DNA of 64,000 bases, from the IMG/VR virus record IMGVR_UViG_3300005611_000001. One strand, written 5' to 3'. Positions 36,662-45,045 of this stretch are shown one piece after another. How positions within the stretch are numbered: position 1 is the stretch's first letter; the number at the start of each line of letters is the position of its first letter. The position numbers were made by a program, and so were the translations under genes. Origin of the DNA: a virus. Lineage: Duplodnaviria > Caudoviricetes. The notes beneath the pieces are model-generated. The model was not told the DNA's origin and made no database searches. It saw only the letters and a list, made by a program, of their open reading frames with translations.

Positions 36662-37297
36662 TTACCCTACAACAAACTTGTTGCTCTTAGCCAAATTTTC
36701 CTTGGCGGGAAGGTATTGTAAGTTACTCAAAACATGAAGACCGCTCACTAGAGGGTTCTGTAGCGGAACGATGTGGTCTACATGGTGTCCCTTCGGGCAG
36801 TTAGCGTAAAAGAGACGTATTTGTTCTTCTTGAGAAGGAATCACCATTCTATTCAACAAGATTGCTTTTCTTTTTGACGCATGGTGTTTTGATACTTCTG
36901 GATGTCTTTTATAGTACTTTTTTGACCTTTCATTGTCGCACTTAGAGCACCAAATACTAAGACCGTTAGACGTAGAGCTCCAGTTACCGAAAGCGTTGTT
37001 TTCTTTGTATTTATTACAGCTTCCACAATATTTGAAATCGCTCAAGTCTAAAAAATAAGTTTTCCAGCTTTTTCCTTTTTCTTTGTTTGCATCGGGGAAA
37101 GTTTTGTTAGTTATTCTTGAAACTGTGTCTTTATTAACATACAGCTTTTTTGATATACTTTCAATATCCCCTTCGTTTAAGTACAAAGAAACTAACTCGT
37201 ATAAAGTGACTTCGGGGCTCTTTCCGCGTTTTCTTTTTACAACCTCTTTTCCAGAACGGCTTAGACAGGTTAAAATATTATTTATTACTTGATTCAT
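36662..37297 (-). mobile_element. HNH homing endonuclease
   Basis: [27 protein letters not shown]...[23 protein letters not shown]. Confidence 0.85.
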
Positions 37298-37733
37298 CTA
37301 TACCACCCAGCAATTTTGTCATAAGTTTGCCGTAGTTGCCTTGCCCAAATGGAGTTTCATTTATCTGGACATTTGTCTGATTTTTAATCGTTGTTTGCTG
37401 TTGCTGAGCCTTTAGCTCATCCATTCTCATCTTGTGCGCAAGTTGAATGAGGTCCACAAGGTCTTTGCTGGTATACATATCCGATTCTTGCGCTTCTTCA
37501 AACTTTTTCTCAATAATCTCATCCAGAAGGCTACCTAAACGAAAACGATTGCGATAGCCTAGGTCAAGATAAACTTGATCAATATAAGAACGCACTTCTC
37601 GACGATCAAGAATCTCAGCAGCCTTATCTGGAGAGATCGCCAGAGAGGACGCCGCCTCTTTTAGCGATCCAAACGACAGATAAGCGTTGGCCAGCTCGAG
37701 ACCTTCTGGAGAGATCGTCGGGAGTTTATTCAT
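37278..37733 (-). CDS. terS: Terminase small subunit (T5-like)
   Basis: [55 protein letters not shown]...GNYGKLM.KLL. Confidence 0.8.
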   Translation of the reverse strand: MNKLPTISPEGLELANAYLSFGSLKEAASSLAISPDKAAEILDRREVRSYIDQVYLDLGYRNRFRLGSLLDEIIEKKFEEAQESDMYTSKDLVDLIQLAHKMRMDELKAQQQQTTIKNQTNVQINETPFGQGNYGKLMTKLLGGIDESSNK

Positions 37734-38041
37734 TACCAGGGCAGACCTGTTGCAGTCTTGGGAGCTTTTTGCTCTTCGATTTGTGCGGCGAGAGAGGTCT
37801 CTGTTGCTTCTTTGTCAATGGTCTGGAAGCACCAGTCGAGAACATCACTTTCAGTAAGGCTTTCAAAAGCAACAAAGCCATCAGCATCTGCATCGGGAGT
37901 GAATCCACAGGTACCGTAGGAAGAAGCATAAAACTTATCTTCGCCTACAGTTTCTGTTGCGTCTACACGCCAATGGGCTACGGTGACTCCACCGTCTGCG
38001 GTATTTCTTTCAAGCTGAGCGATGCTCCAGGTAACTTCCAT
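37733..38041 (-). CDS. Acidic protein of the type usually found next to tail-fibre genes
   Basis: MEVTWSIAQLER...VAHWRV...F..LTE.DVLDW...GLPW; own promoter TTGACC-17-TACAAT at 38086-38114. Confidence 0.55.
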   Translation of the reverse strand: MEVTWSIAQLERNTADGGVTVAHWRVDATETVGEDKFYASSYGTCGFTPDADADGFVAFESLTESDVLDWCFQTIDKEATETSLAAQIEEQKAPKTATGLPW

Positions 38042-38142
38042 TTCTTATCTCCAAAAAATCGAATTAAAATTCGGTTATGTTGTATATTGTAATCTGTTGT
38101 GTGGCCTAGGTCAAGTGATATTTTTTAGAACCTTCGGCCGAA

Positions 38143-38340
38143 CTATAATACTTTTGCTCTTGCCCACGCATTACACTGATGAATGGCAGATACTCTTATC
38201 ATTGGTGAGGGAACAGCACGATTGCTAAAAGAATTCATGCACTGTTCCCGTAAATGACGAACTTGAGCGAGTTGTGCTTCTTCCACTATTGAAGTCGAAG
38301 CACACCCGCCGAGAAGAAATATAATTAAATACTTAGCCAT
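38143..38340 (-). CDS. Secreted operon ORF7: small lipoprotein
   Basis: MAKYLIIFLLGGC lipobox; two further Cys. Confidence 0.6.
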   Translation of the reverse strand: MAKYLIIFLLGGCASTSIVEEAQLAQVRHLREQCMNSFSNRAVPSPMIRVSAIHQCNAWARAKVL

Positions 38341-38872
38341 CTGACAAAGGATTATCCAGCGCTTTTTGTAGGGTATCTCTTAAATCTTCGTCTAGCTTTT
38401 GCATCTTCATATCAATACGATCTTCTACTTCTCGCATTGTATTTCTAACATCTTTTTCTGACTCTCGAGAAAGGTCAGATACTTGTCGTAGTCGAGAATC
38501 AATCTCGTCTTGTACATCTTTCATTCGCTTGCTTGTATCTTCTGTCACTCTTTCTACTCGAAGAATGTCGTCTCTGAGACTATTCTTAATATCTCTTGTA
38601 TAATCAATTGCATCATCAAGTTTACGCTCAATTGCAACATTGCGAGCTTCTACAGCTTCGATGTCAAGTACCTCTAGCTTTTCTGCCATTTCCTGAAAAG
38701 CCTTATAGGACTCGAAACCTGCGTAAAGTGTTCCTAGCAGAGAGCCAAGAAGTGCAAATGCTGCTCCAATCGTGGTAGGCGTCATCGAAATACCTGCCAC
38801 TGTAAATTTTGTGTTTTTGAGATTTTCAATCTCTTCTTCGACTTTCTCTACTCCGTCCCCCAGATCAGCCAT
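38333..38872 (-). CDS. Secreted operon ORF6: single-TM coiled-coil protein
   Basis: TM IGAAFALLGSLLGTLYAGF followed by long heptads. Confidence 0.65.
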   Translation of the reverse strand: MADLGDGVEKVEEEIENLKNTKFTVAGISMTPTTIGAAFALLGSLLGTLYAGFESYKAFQEMAEKLEVLDIEAVEARNVAIERKLDDAIDYTRDIKNSLRDDILRVERVTEDTSKRMKDVQDEIDSRLRQVSDLSRESEKDVRNTMREVEDRIDMKMQKLDEDLRDTLQKALDNPLSDG

Positions 38873-38874
38873 AT

Positions 38875-39282
38875 TTAGTTCTCAAACTTGAGGTTATTGA
38901 GGGCGTTTATTTCCGCTCTCAACTTCTGCACCTCCAATCGTCGTCTTTCCAGCTCTAACTGGTAAAGAGTATTACAATTTAATCTCTCTGCGGGTGCTCC
39001 AATCGGTATCGTTATCTTGCCGTACACACCCACATCTTTCATCTGGTCATTTGTAATTACAGGATCCACAAAAGTGTTTCCAAGTTGATTTCCCTGATTA
39101 ATAATACCCACTACTCCAAACTCAACATTCGTCGCGGACCCAATGGCACTAGAGCAATCTAAGTCGCCCGCTCGAAATCTATCTGTTTGAAAACTTTGCT
39201 GAGTCTGAGGAATTGCAAGGTTCAAAGAACTTGTCTGTGCAAATACGCTCAAAGGTAGCAAAAAAAGTATTAATCTTTTCAT
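38875..39282 (-). CDS. Secreted operon ORF5: exported protein with a Cys pair and C-terminal coiled coil
   Basis: Signal peptide MKRLILFLLPLSVFA/Q (ATGA overlap); DLDCSS...RLNCN.LYQLELE. Confidence 0.65.
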   Translation of the reverse strand: MKRLILFLLPLSVFAQTSSLNLAIPQTQQSFQTDRFRAGDLDCSSAIGSATNVEFGVVGIINQGNQLGNTFVDPVITNDQMKDVGVYGKITIPIGAPAERLNCNTLYQLELERRRLEVQKLRAEINALNNLKFEN

Positions 39283-39716
39283 TTTACCTTGGAACAAATT
39301 TTAGAAGAAATTACAGTACCTTTTACCCCGCGCAGAATCTTGGACATTGAGCAAATATACATTACACGCGTCGAGTCAATCTCTCTTATATAAATGTCAA
39401 TCTTACGTCGACCTAGATGCGGTATTTTTACAATTCGTTCTGCTGTTGCAAAAGGTACTGGAAGCCAGTCTGCGTCATAAACATCAAACTGGTAGTATTC
39501 AATCTCTCGTCGACTGTTAAACAGCTCCATACGAGTTTGCAGTATGCCCGGCATGTAAGAGGGCAAAAGCTGCGGATAGGTAGGAGTAAACTGATGTGCG
39601 CTAGCACTCGATGCGATTAAAGCGCAACACACTCCGCATTTACCACGGAGGTATATTCGCCTCCAGGAAACGCCTTGTCCGCACCATAGTCTGCTTGTGA
39701 ACTTACTCCAAACCAT
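39279..39716 (-). CDS. Secreted operon ORF4: exported, pilus-chaperone-like beta protein (start probably GTG 39632)
   Basis: ALIASSASA/HQFTPTYP...MELFNSRREIEYY...YICSMSK...SSKICSK. Confidence 0.55.
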   Translation of the reverse strand: MVWSKFTSRLWCGQGVSWRRIYLRGKCGVCCALIASSASAHQFTPTYPQLLPSYMPGILQTRMELFNSRREIEYYQFDVYDADWLPVPFATAERIVKIPHLGRRKIDIYIREIDSTRVMYICSMSKILRGVKGTVISSKICSKVK

Positions 39717-40108
39717 ACTGTACCTGCTACTGTGAGATCAAATTCTGACACATTGTTGTATGTACGCTTATTCGTGTCATAGTCCGCCTGAAGAGGATCT
39801 GTAACTTCTGCAACGCTCACCGACCCCGTCCAGTTTACAACGTCACTCAACGCGGGGCTGGAAGAAAACACTTCGGGTGTGGAAATCACAGCCTTGTAGA
39901 AGTTCGCACTGATTACATCAAACCGAATCACCGGCTCCACACCTCCGTCTGCCGCAGCAGTGCTCAAGCGACTCGGAGTCGGGTTGCCATACACGCCGGG
40001 AGTATCTGTTACAATTACACACTTGGAAGCAACCGTTCCCATAATGGGGGTGTCTTCCGCTAGCACAGGCCCCGCCAAGAAAGCGATTGCCAAAGCCAAC
40101 TTTTTCAT
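39617..40108 (-). CDS. Secreted operon ORF3: exported fimbrial-subunit-like protein
   Basis: Signal peptide MKKLALAIAFLAGPVLA; I.GTVASKC near the N-terminus; C-terminal FPGGEYTSVVNAEC strand. Confidence 0.55.
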   Translation of the reverse strand: MKKLALAIAFLAGPVLAEDTPIMGTVASKCVIVTDTPGVYGNPTPSRLSTAAADGGVEPVIRFDVISANFYKAVISTPEVFSSSPALSDVVNWTGSVSVAEVTDPLQADYDTNKRTYNNVSEFDLTVAGTVWFGVSSQADYGADKAFPGGEYTSVVNAECVAL

Positions 40109-40891
40109 TTATTTCTCCTCATACTGTGCGTTTACCATTTCATCATGTAAACGCTGTTGGGCAAAGTTCATTCTACGTCCTTGCCTATTATCAGAAATGT
40201 CCTTCCCAGGAAGAAAAGAGTCTTGTATTGATCCACCCGGCATCGCAACGTAGTAGCTCGCTGGAACAATATCGAGTGCAAAAAATTGTGCTGCAAGCTC
40301 CGCTTGAGCAACGGCGTTCGACCCCGCTTCTCTTGTTCTTTCTTTTACCTGCATCTGGCGGCGCTCGAGATCCTCTTGATTCTGATCTCGTAGAGCGTCC
40401 AGAGTATACTCAACCGAAGGAATCTCTACCGAAGGCGCTGGAGGAATATAGTTAGGACATCCAAGAGTCGGCTCAGCGCAGGAATCGTACTGATAGGTAT
40501 AGACGATGTTTTCGTTGAATACAGTTCCCTGGCCTTGTAGGCTCAAAGCACCAGCACCCATAGTCTCCCCTAAAATATTCAGAGGTGCGCCTCTTGTAAT
40601 TGTGTTGCCTGGCAATCCATTCCAGTTATCTGTGAAAGTAAATAGTCGAGAACCGGCTACTGAGTTCTGCTCAATATTGACTTGAAAATCGTCTGCGGGG
40701 TTTTTGCTCACGGCATAACGCCAGGCGATTCCATTTACGACAAGTCCTGTCTCTGGAGGAAGCACATTCTGCATATTCCAGGTTCGGCCGAGCGCGACGA
40801 CATTCGGCGTACTCTCGAAAACCTCAGATTGCGAGTAGCAGTGCGAGGAGGCTAGCAATGCCAATACCACCAAATGCAGTCTTCTTACCAT
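40109..40891 (-). CDS. Secreted operon ORF2: exported protein
   Basis: Signal-like N-terminus; YDSCAEPTLGCP; C-terminal LHDEMVNAQY. Confidence 0.6.
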   Translation of the reverse strand: MVRRLHLVVLALLASSHCYSQSEVFESTPNVVALGRTWNMQNVLPPETGLVVNGIAWRYAVSKNPADDFQVNIEQNSVAGSRLFTFTDNWNGLPGNTITRGAPLNILGETMGAGALSLQGQGTVFNENIVYTYQYDSCAEPTLGCPNYIPPAPSVEIPSVEYTLDALRDQNQEDLERRQMQVKERTREAGSNAVAQAELAAQFFALDIVPASYYVAMPGGSIQDSFLPGKDISDNRQGRRMNFAQQRLHDEMVNAQYEEK

Positions 40892-41330
40892 TTGAAATTT
40901 CCTTCTCCGGCTGCTCTTCTTCGTGTGCGAGCCATGCAGCTTTTGCCTCTGGACCGATTAGCCCATCGTAGGGGCAGGGTGTCCCGGCATTCATCATGGC
41001 GTCGAACACACGCTTATCCTGGCACATCGTAGAGACGGCGGCAACTTTCATACCCATATCATAGAGCGTCTTTGCGTTCTTGAGGCGCTCGCAGTTCATG
41101 TCTCGTACAGTTGCGCCTGCACTGAGACCAAGAATTTGTGTCTGGACTGCGCCTGCCACTCCGACTGTGCAAAGATCCGAATTACTGAAGTTCATTGTCG
41201 GAATGATTGCGGACGGAGGCGGACTCTCTACGGTTGTCCGAACTGTACTATCTGTTGTGGCCTCCGTCACGATGGGCGCTTCTTGTGCGAGAGCGGTAAT
41301 CGGAAGAAGAAGTAAAATTAGTTTTTTCAT
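40824..41330 (-). CDS. Secreted operon ORF1: exported Cys-rich protein with a C-terminal membrane anchor
   Basis: MKKLILLLLPITALA/Q; SPPPSAI.P, DLCTVG, NCERLK, MCQD, GTPCP; hydrophobic C-terminus. Confidence 0.7.
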   Translation of the reverse strand: MKKLILLLLPITALAQEAPIVTEATTDSTVRTTVESPPPSAIIPTMNFSNSDLCTVGVAGAVQTQILGLSAGATVRDMNCERLKNAKTLYDMGMKVAAVSTMCQDKRVFDAMMNAGTPCPYDGLIGPEAKAAWLAHEEEQPEKEISNGKKTAFGGIGIASLLALLLAI

Positions 41331-41364
41331 AATTTGTTTTGGGGGTGGTCCTATCATGTATCAA

Positions 41365-41393
41365 ATTATAAGGGGTTGTGGGGCGGTTGTCAA
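41365..41393 (-). promoter_or_regulatory. sigma70-type promoter of the secreted operon
   Basis: TTGACA-17-TATAAT. Confidence 0.85.
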
Positions 41394-41491
41394 GGATTGT
41401 TTTTGCTTGGGTTCGGTTTTGTAGGCTATAGCGCCTTTTTGGAAGAAGAATTTCTTGCGTGTTACACGTGTGGGTGTGTGGCGAGCAACTA

Positions 41492-41510
41492 AATGAGAAT
41501 GAGTCTCATT
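41492..41510. promoter_or_regulatory. Fur-box-like 9-1-9 inverted repeat
   Basis: AATGAGAAT-G-AGTCTCATT (one mismatch from a perfect palindrome). Confidence 0.5.
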
Positions 41511-41820
41511 ACCGCCCCCCGTTATAATATATAACTAGCCCCCGTTATATATTATAACGGGGGCGCGTTATTACTTGCGGTAATCACGCCTTATATATGT
41601 AACTAGATGCCCTTTATAATAATAAGAACGCCATGCTACAACGGGCGACTTATAATAATAAGCGTTAGTTATTAGGCGCATTATTTTCTCCAAATAATCG
41701 GATCAGTTATAATTGCGTAAACAAGCGCGCCTAGGGGGATTAAAACCATAATAGCCATAATAATATAAAGCATATTTAAACCCTGTTATAAGGCGCCTTA
41801 TAAGGCGCCTTTATTATATA
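41511..41820. repeat. AT-rich palindrome cluster; candidate genome end or packaging-related site
   Basis: GCCCCCGTTATA-TAT-TATAACGGGGGC (41538-41564) with an upstream copy of the left arm; tandem TAAGGCGCCTT palindromes at about 41787-41812. Confidence 0.55.
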
Positions 41821-42418
41821 GAAACTGCGCAATAGGTAATTCATAATCACGCGCATCTTCCAAAGCTGTATGCGGCTCCGCTTCTAATTGTTCGCCTATA
41901 ATATAGCGCGCTACATTGTCGGCGGTCATTTTAGGCTTACCCGTTTTAGTTAACGCATTATTAGCATGGCAATATTTAATATAATTCGCGTCATTACTAA
42001 AATAAGCGCGAGCCTTTTGAAGCAAACAAAAACGCTTTCTGAATAATCCTAAATTAATATCTGTCGCCATACACTTTGGATAATCAAAAGAGATATTAAA
42101 TGCGGTGACTGCCGGATTATAGCGCCCCACATTTTTAGATAACCAAATATTAATTAAATGATTAGATGCAATAGAACGCGAACCGGATTCAATGCGTGAC
42201 ATATAATGTTTACGGCGTGCCCTAACATTTTGAATTGACCAAAACTCGCCAGGCTTAGAATGGGGATTGGACCATAATTCCATTTTATCAAACTGATTAT
42301 ATATAAGCGTTCCAATTTCATCTAATACTTCACCGGAATTTAAATCGGCAATTACTGCTCCGAAATCGGCAACAGTATTCCCCGAGGTTGTTTCCGTATC
42401 CACTAAACAGATAATCAT
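41798..42418 (-). CDS. DEDDh-type 3'-5' exonuclease
   Basis: VDTETT, FNISFD, HTALEDA. Confidence 0.75.
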   Translation of the reverse strand: MIICLVDTETTSGNTVADFGAVIADLNSGEVLDEIGTLIYNQFDKMELWSNPHSKPGEFWSIQNVRARRKHYMSRIESGSRSIASNHLINIWLSKNVGRYNPAVTAFNISFDYPKCMATDINLGLFRKRFCLLQKARAYFSNDANYIKYCHANNALTKTGKPKMTADNVARYIIGEQLEAEPHTALEDARDYELPIAQFLYNKGAL

Positions 42419-42858
42419 TTTAAAGCCTCATTTATTAAGGTTGCATCTAGGGCGTTGATGCCCAACTCTCGGGCCATTGCTAGAACCGAGTGATTGTCAT
42501 CATAGAACGTAACGCCGCGCAGGTCCACTCCCAAGGAAAGCAGTTTTTCTCGCTTCAATTCTGCATCCGAACGATTGTCCCCTTCACTGCGCGCCAGAAT
42601 TACTGGCGCTTCTAGGCCATGCTTGCGAAGGTATGCCCTGTCAGCATCACCTAAAACTCGAGCGGTACATATTGCCACCTGCTTATCCGTGGCGAGAGCA
42701 TGGCGCATGAGGCGAGCCAGGGGAAGCAGCGAATCCTGCTCAATTTTTTCCGGCGTGGAATGTTCGCGCCATGCGTCTAGGTCCAGGGAACCATCGGGGC
42801 ACGCCAGCTGGCGATGGCGAGAGCAAACCACGGTCCCATCTAAATCAAAAATAAGCAT
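42415..42858 (-). CDS. dmp: HAD phosphatase, T5 Dmp-like (deoxynucleoside 5'-monophosphatase)
   Basis: Start MLIFDLDGTVVCSRHR (TAATG overlap); DGSLDL, QDSLLPL..LMR, ICTAR, FYDDN. Confidence 0.75.
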   Translation of the reverse strand: MLIFDLDGTVVCSRHRQLACPDGSLDLDAWREHSTPEKIEQDSLLPLARLMRHALATDKQVAICTARVLGDADRAYLRKHGLEAPVILARSEGDNRSDAELKREKLLSLGVDLRGVTFYDDNHSVLAMARELGINALDATLINEALK

Positions 42859-43055
42859 TATATTAGGCTCCAGTAGCCAACAATGGAAACAATATTTAGG
42901 CCCACCAAATTCCAAGCCCGGAGCCTGGCTGCTTGCGTGGTGAGTAGGGCGAGCCCTACGCAAGCGAGCCAGTAACCCCTGACCCCTGGCATATGGTAGG
43001 GAGCGAGGGCGAGCGCGCAAGCGCCCACCCACCCCATAACGTTATCCCAGCGCAT
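42858..43055 (-). CDS. Small membrane protein (pre-early)
   Basis: 65 aa, hydrophobic; coupled between A2-like and dmp. Confidence 0.55.
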   Translation of the reverse strand: MRWDNVMGWVGACALALAPYHMPGVRGYWLACVGLALLTTQAARLRAWNLVGLNIVSIVGYWSLI

Positions 43056-43341
43056 TGAAAAGCGCTCCCAGGCTTTCTTTAGTAGCCTTTTCCAAGCCGG
43101 GAAGGCTAACGCCTAGCCTGTCAGAAATGGCTCGCACGATATCTTCCTTCGATTGAACCGGCGAGCCGTCCTTGCTACGCTTTGCTGCGCGCTCGTATTG
43201 AATACCGGCGCGAACTGCTGCAGCAATAATGGCACGCGGCTTTTCCCCGAATTGTTCGGCGATAGCCGTAGCTTTCGCCATATCCAAGGGCGCAGCTGCT
43301 ACCATAGCAGCCATCACCTCACCTTCAAACTTGCTAGCCAT
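43042..43341 (-). CDS. T5 A2-like DNA-binding protein, copy 1 (leftward)
   Basis: IAEQFGEKPRAIIAAAVRAGIQYER..R.KDGSPV.SKED.V..I...LG..L.GLEKATKE.L; AAGGAG RBS; next to dmp. Confidence 0.6.
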   Translation of the reverse strand: MASKFEGEVMAAMVAAAPLDMAKATAIAEQFGEKPRAIIAAAVRAGIQYERAAKRSKDGSPVQSKEDIVRAISDRLGVSLPGLEKATKESLGALFNALG

Positions 43342-43905
43342 ATTGAAACTCCTTAATTGAAACGTTTTCCTTTACTGCCCGAGCATTATGGCCCCCGAGA
43401 GCGAGAAAGGCAAGGTTTTTATCATTGAAATTTTCGATGATAAAAGCGCTTTTCATCGAAAAAAACTGCTTGACAGCCCGGCACCAAAAAATGTTATAAT
43501 GGAAATAGCGGCTTCGCCGCGCGCCAAAATAGCATACTTCGGAAGCTAGGTCAAGCCGAGCCGACGAATGGTCGCAAGCAATTTTCATGCCAGGTCTGTT
43601 TGTCCAATTGATTATTTGAATGGGTCCGGGCCTTTCGATAGAAAAAAACAATTGGACAAATGGGCGGGCGGGCTGCTATAATAAAGGTAGCGACCAGGGG
43701 TCGCGCCAAAATTTTACCCGCACCCCTCTTGGGAGATTTTACGCGAGCGGGCGGGGGTCTGTCAATAGGTTTTTTAGTCTTTTTTGTTATATGCTTATTC
43801 CAAAATAATCCTTGACTTTTGAGATTGGCACGGTTCTTGCATAAGAGCGGGGCCTGCAATATCCATGCCAATTTCAAAAGTCAAGCCCGAGCCGACGAAC
43901 GGTCT

Positions 43906-43924
43906 TTTGCGAATGATTCTCATT
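43906..43924. promoter_or_regulatory. Fur-box-like site 2
   Basis: TTTGCGAAT-G-ATTCTCATT (reverse complement AATGAGAATCATTCGCAAA). Confidence 0.5.
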
Positions 43925-43935
43925 CCGCAAATTAG

Positions 43936-44070
43936 TTGCATTCAACAACTATTACATTCAACAACTATTGCATTCAACAACTATTACATTCAACAACTAT
44001 TGCATTCAACAACTATTGCATTCAACAACTATTGCATTCAACAACTATTGCATTCAACAACTATTGCATT
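43936..44070. repeat. Tandem array of a 16-bp unit (8 full copies plus a partial)
   Basis: TT(G/A)CATTCAACAACTA repeated without spacers. Confidence 0.95.
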
Positions 44071-44365
44071 TGACAATCAAATGCGCGCTTCGCGCCAAAG
44101 TGCAAAGTCAACAATCTATTGAGTTTGCGCTCCGCGCCAAAGTGCGAAAGTGATAAACCTAAAAAACGTGCCGCAGGCACCAAAGTGCGAAACCTAGCCC
44201 ATTATATTGTACCACGAAAGCACGCGCGTTGTCAAGAAAAACTTTCGATGTCTCTCGACAGACGGTCGAAAATTTTTCTTGCTTTTTTGCTCGGCCCTCC
44301 GTATAATATCTTTTCAAACATAGGGGAAGCAATGGGCATCCCCGGAGACTCTAGGAAAAACTATT

Positions 44366-44662
44366 ATGGCATCTCGTTTCGACGACGCAGTACTCGCAGC
44401 AATGCAGGCAGCAGCTCCTCTCAACCTGGAAAAAGCAGAAGCACTTGCTGAGCAGTTTGGTGAAAAGCCGCGTGCTATTATCGCTGCCGCAGTTCGTGCT
44501 GGCATTCAATATGAGCGCAAGGCTCGTATGTCCAAGAATGGCGGTCCGGCTGTCTCGAAGGAGGACCTGGTTGCGCAGATTTCGGAGAAGGTTGGCGCTA
44601 ACCTGTCCGGGCTTGAGAAAGCTACGAAGCAGTCGCTACAGGCCCTTCTCTCAGCCGTGTAG
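44366..44662 (+). CDS. T5 A2-like protein, copy 2 (rightward, inverted relative to copy 1)
   Basis: Shares a 24-aa identical stretch AEQFGEKPRAIIAAAVRAGIQYER with 43042..43341. Confidence 0.6.
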   Translation: MASRFDDAVLAAMQAAAPLNLEKAEALAEQFGEKPRAIIAAAVRAGIQYERKARMSKNGGPAVSKEDLVAQISEKVGANLSGLEKATKQSLQALLSAV

Positions 44663-44670
44663 TCCGAACC

Positions 44671-44700
44671 AAGCCGGGGCAACTGCCCCGGCTTTTTTAT
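44671..44700 (+). terminator. Intrinsic terminator
   Basis: AAGCCGGGGC-AACT-GCCCCGGCTT-TTTT. Confidence 0.85.
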
Positions 44701-44985
44701 GCTTTACAAAAATGGGCAGCGTAGCTGCGCCAAATAAAGTGCGAAAGCTAACTGAAATTTGCGCGCCTGCGCCGAACCGCACGTTCTCCCCCATTTTCAT
44801 ATATTATACGCGGGCCGGCAAGGTTTGTCAAGGCTTATTTTCGGTTGTCTCGGGGTAAGCCGGGGCGGGGCAACATAATTTTTGAAAATTTAGTTTAATT
44901 GCAAATAATTCTTGACAATTTTAGGTCGTGTGTGGCCCCCCGAAATACAGTGCGTTCTGCTTCCGACATACCCCGAAAATAAATC

Positions 44986-45014
44986 TTGACTCCAAAGACT
45001 CCTTTGCGTATAAT
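44986..45014 (+). promoter_or_regulatory. Early sigma70 promoter (first of a series)
   Basis: TTGACT-17-TATAAT with an A-rich UP region; similar sites at 45998-46026, 46758-46786, 47438-47466, 49637-49665. Confidence 0.85.
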
Positions 45015-45045
45015 ATGCGCATACTTTGGAAAAGCGGAGAAGATT

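Larger units (their letters stand above)
43470..44831. promoter_or_regulatory. Dense cluster of opposed sigma70 promoters
   Basis: Plus: TTGACA-19-TATAAT 43470-43500, TTGCTT-17-TATAAT 44279-44307. Minus: TTGACA-18-TAAAAT about 43737-43766, TTGACA-18-TACAAT 44206-44235, TTGACA-17-TATAAT 44803-44831. Confidence 0.7.

Noticed and set aside
43936-44070. CRISPR array
   Set aside because: The 16-bp units are contiguous with no unique spacers, and there are no cas genes.
43334-44122. ORFs 43334..43651, 43551..43877, 43620..43808, 43865..44122 and 43968..44153
   Set aside because: They run through promoters and the tandem repeat, and have atypical composition and no RBS.
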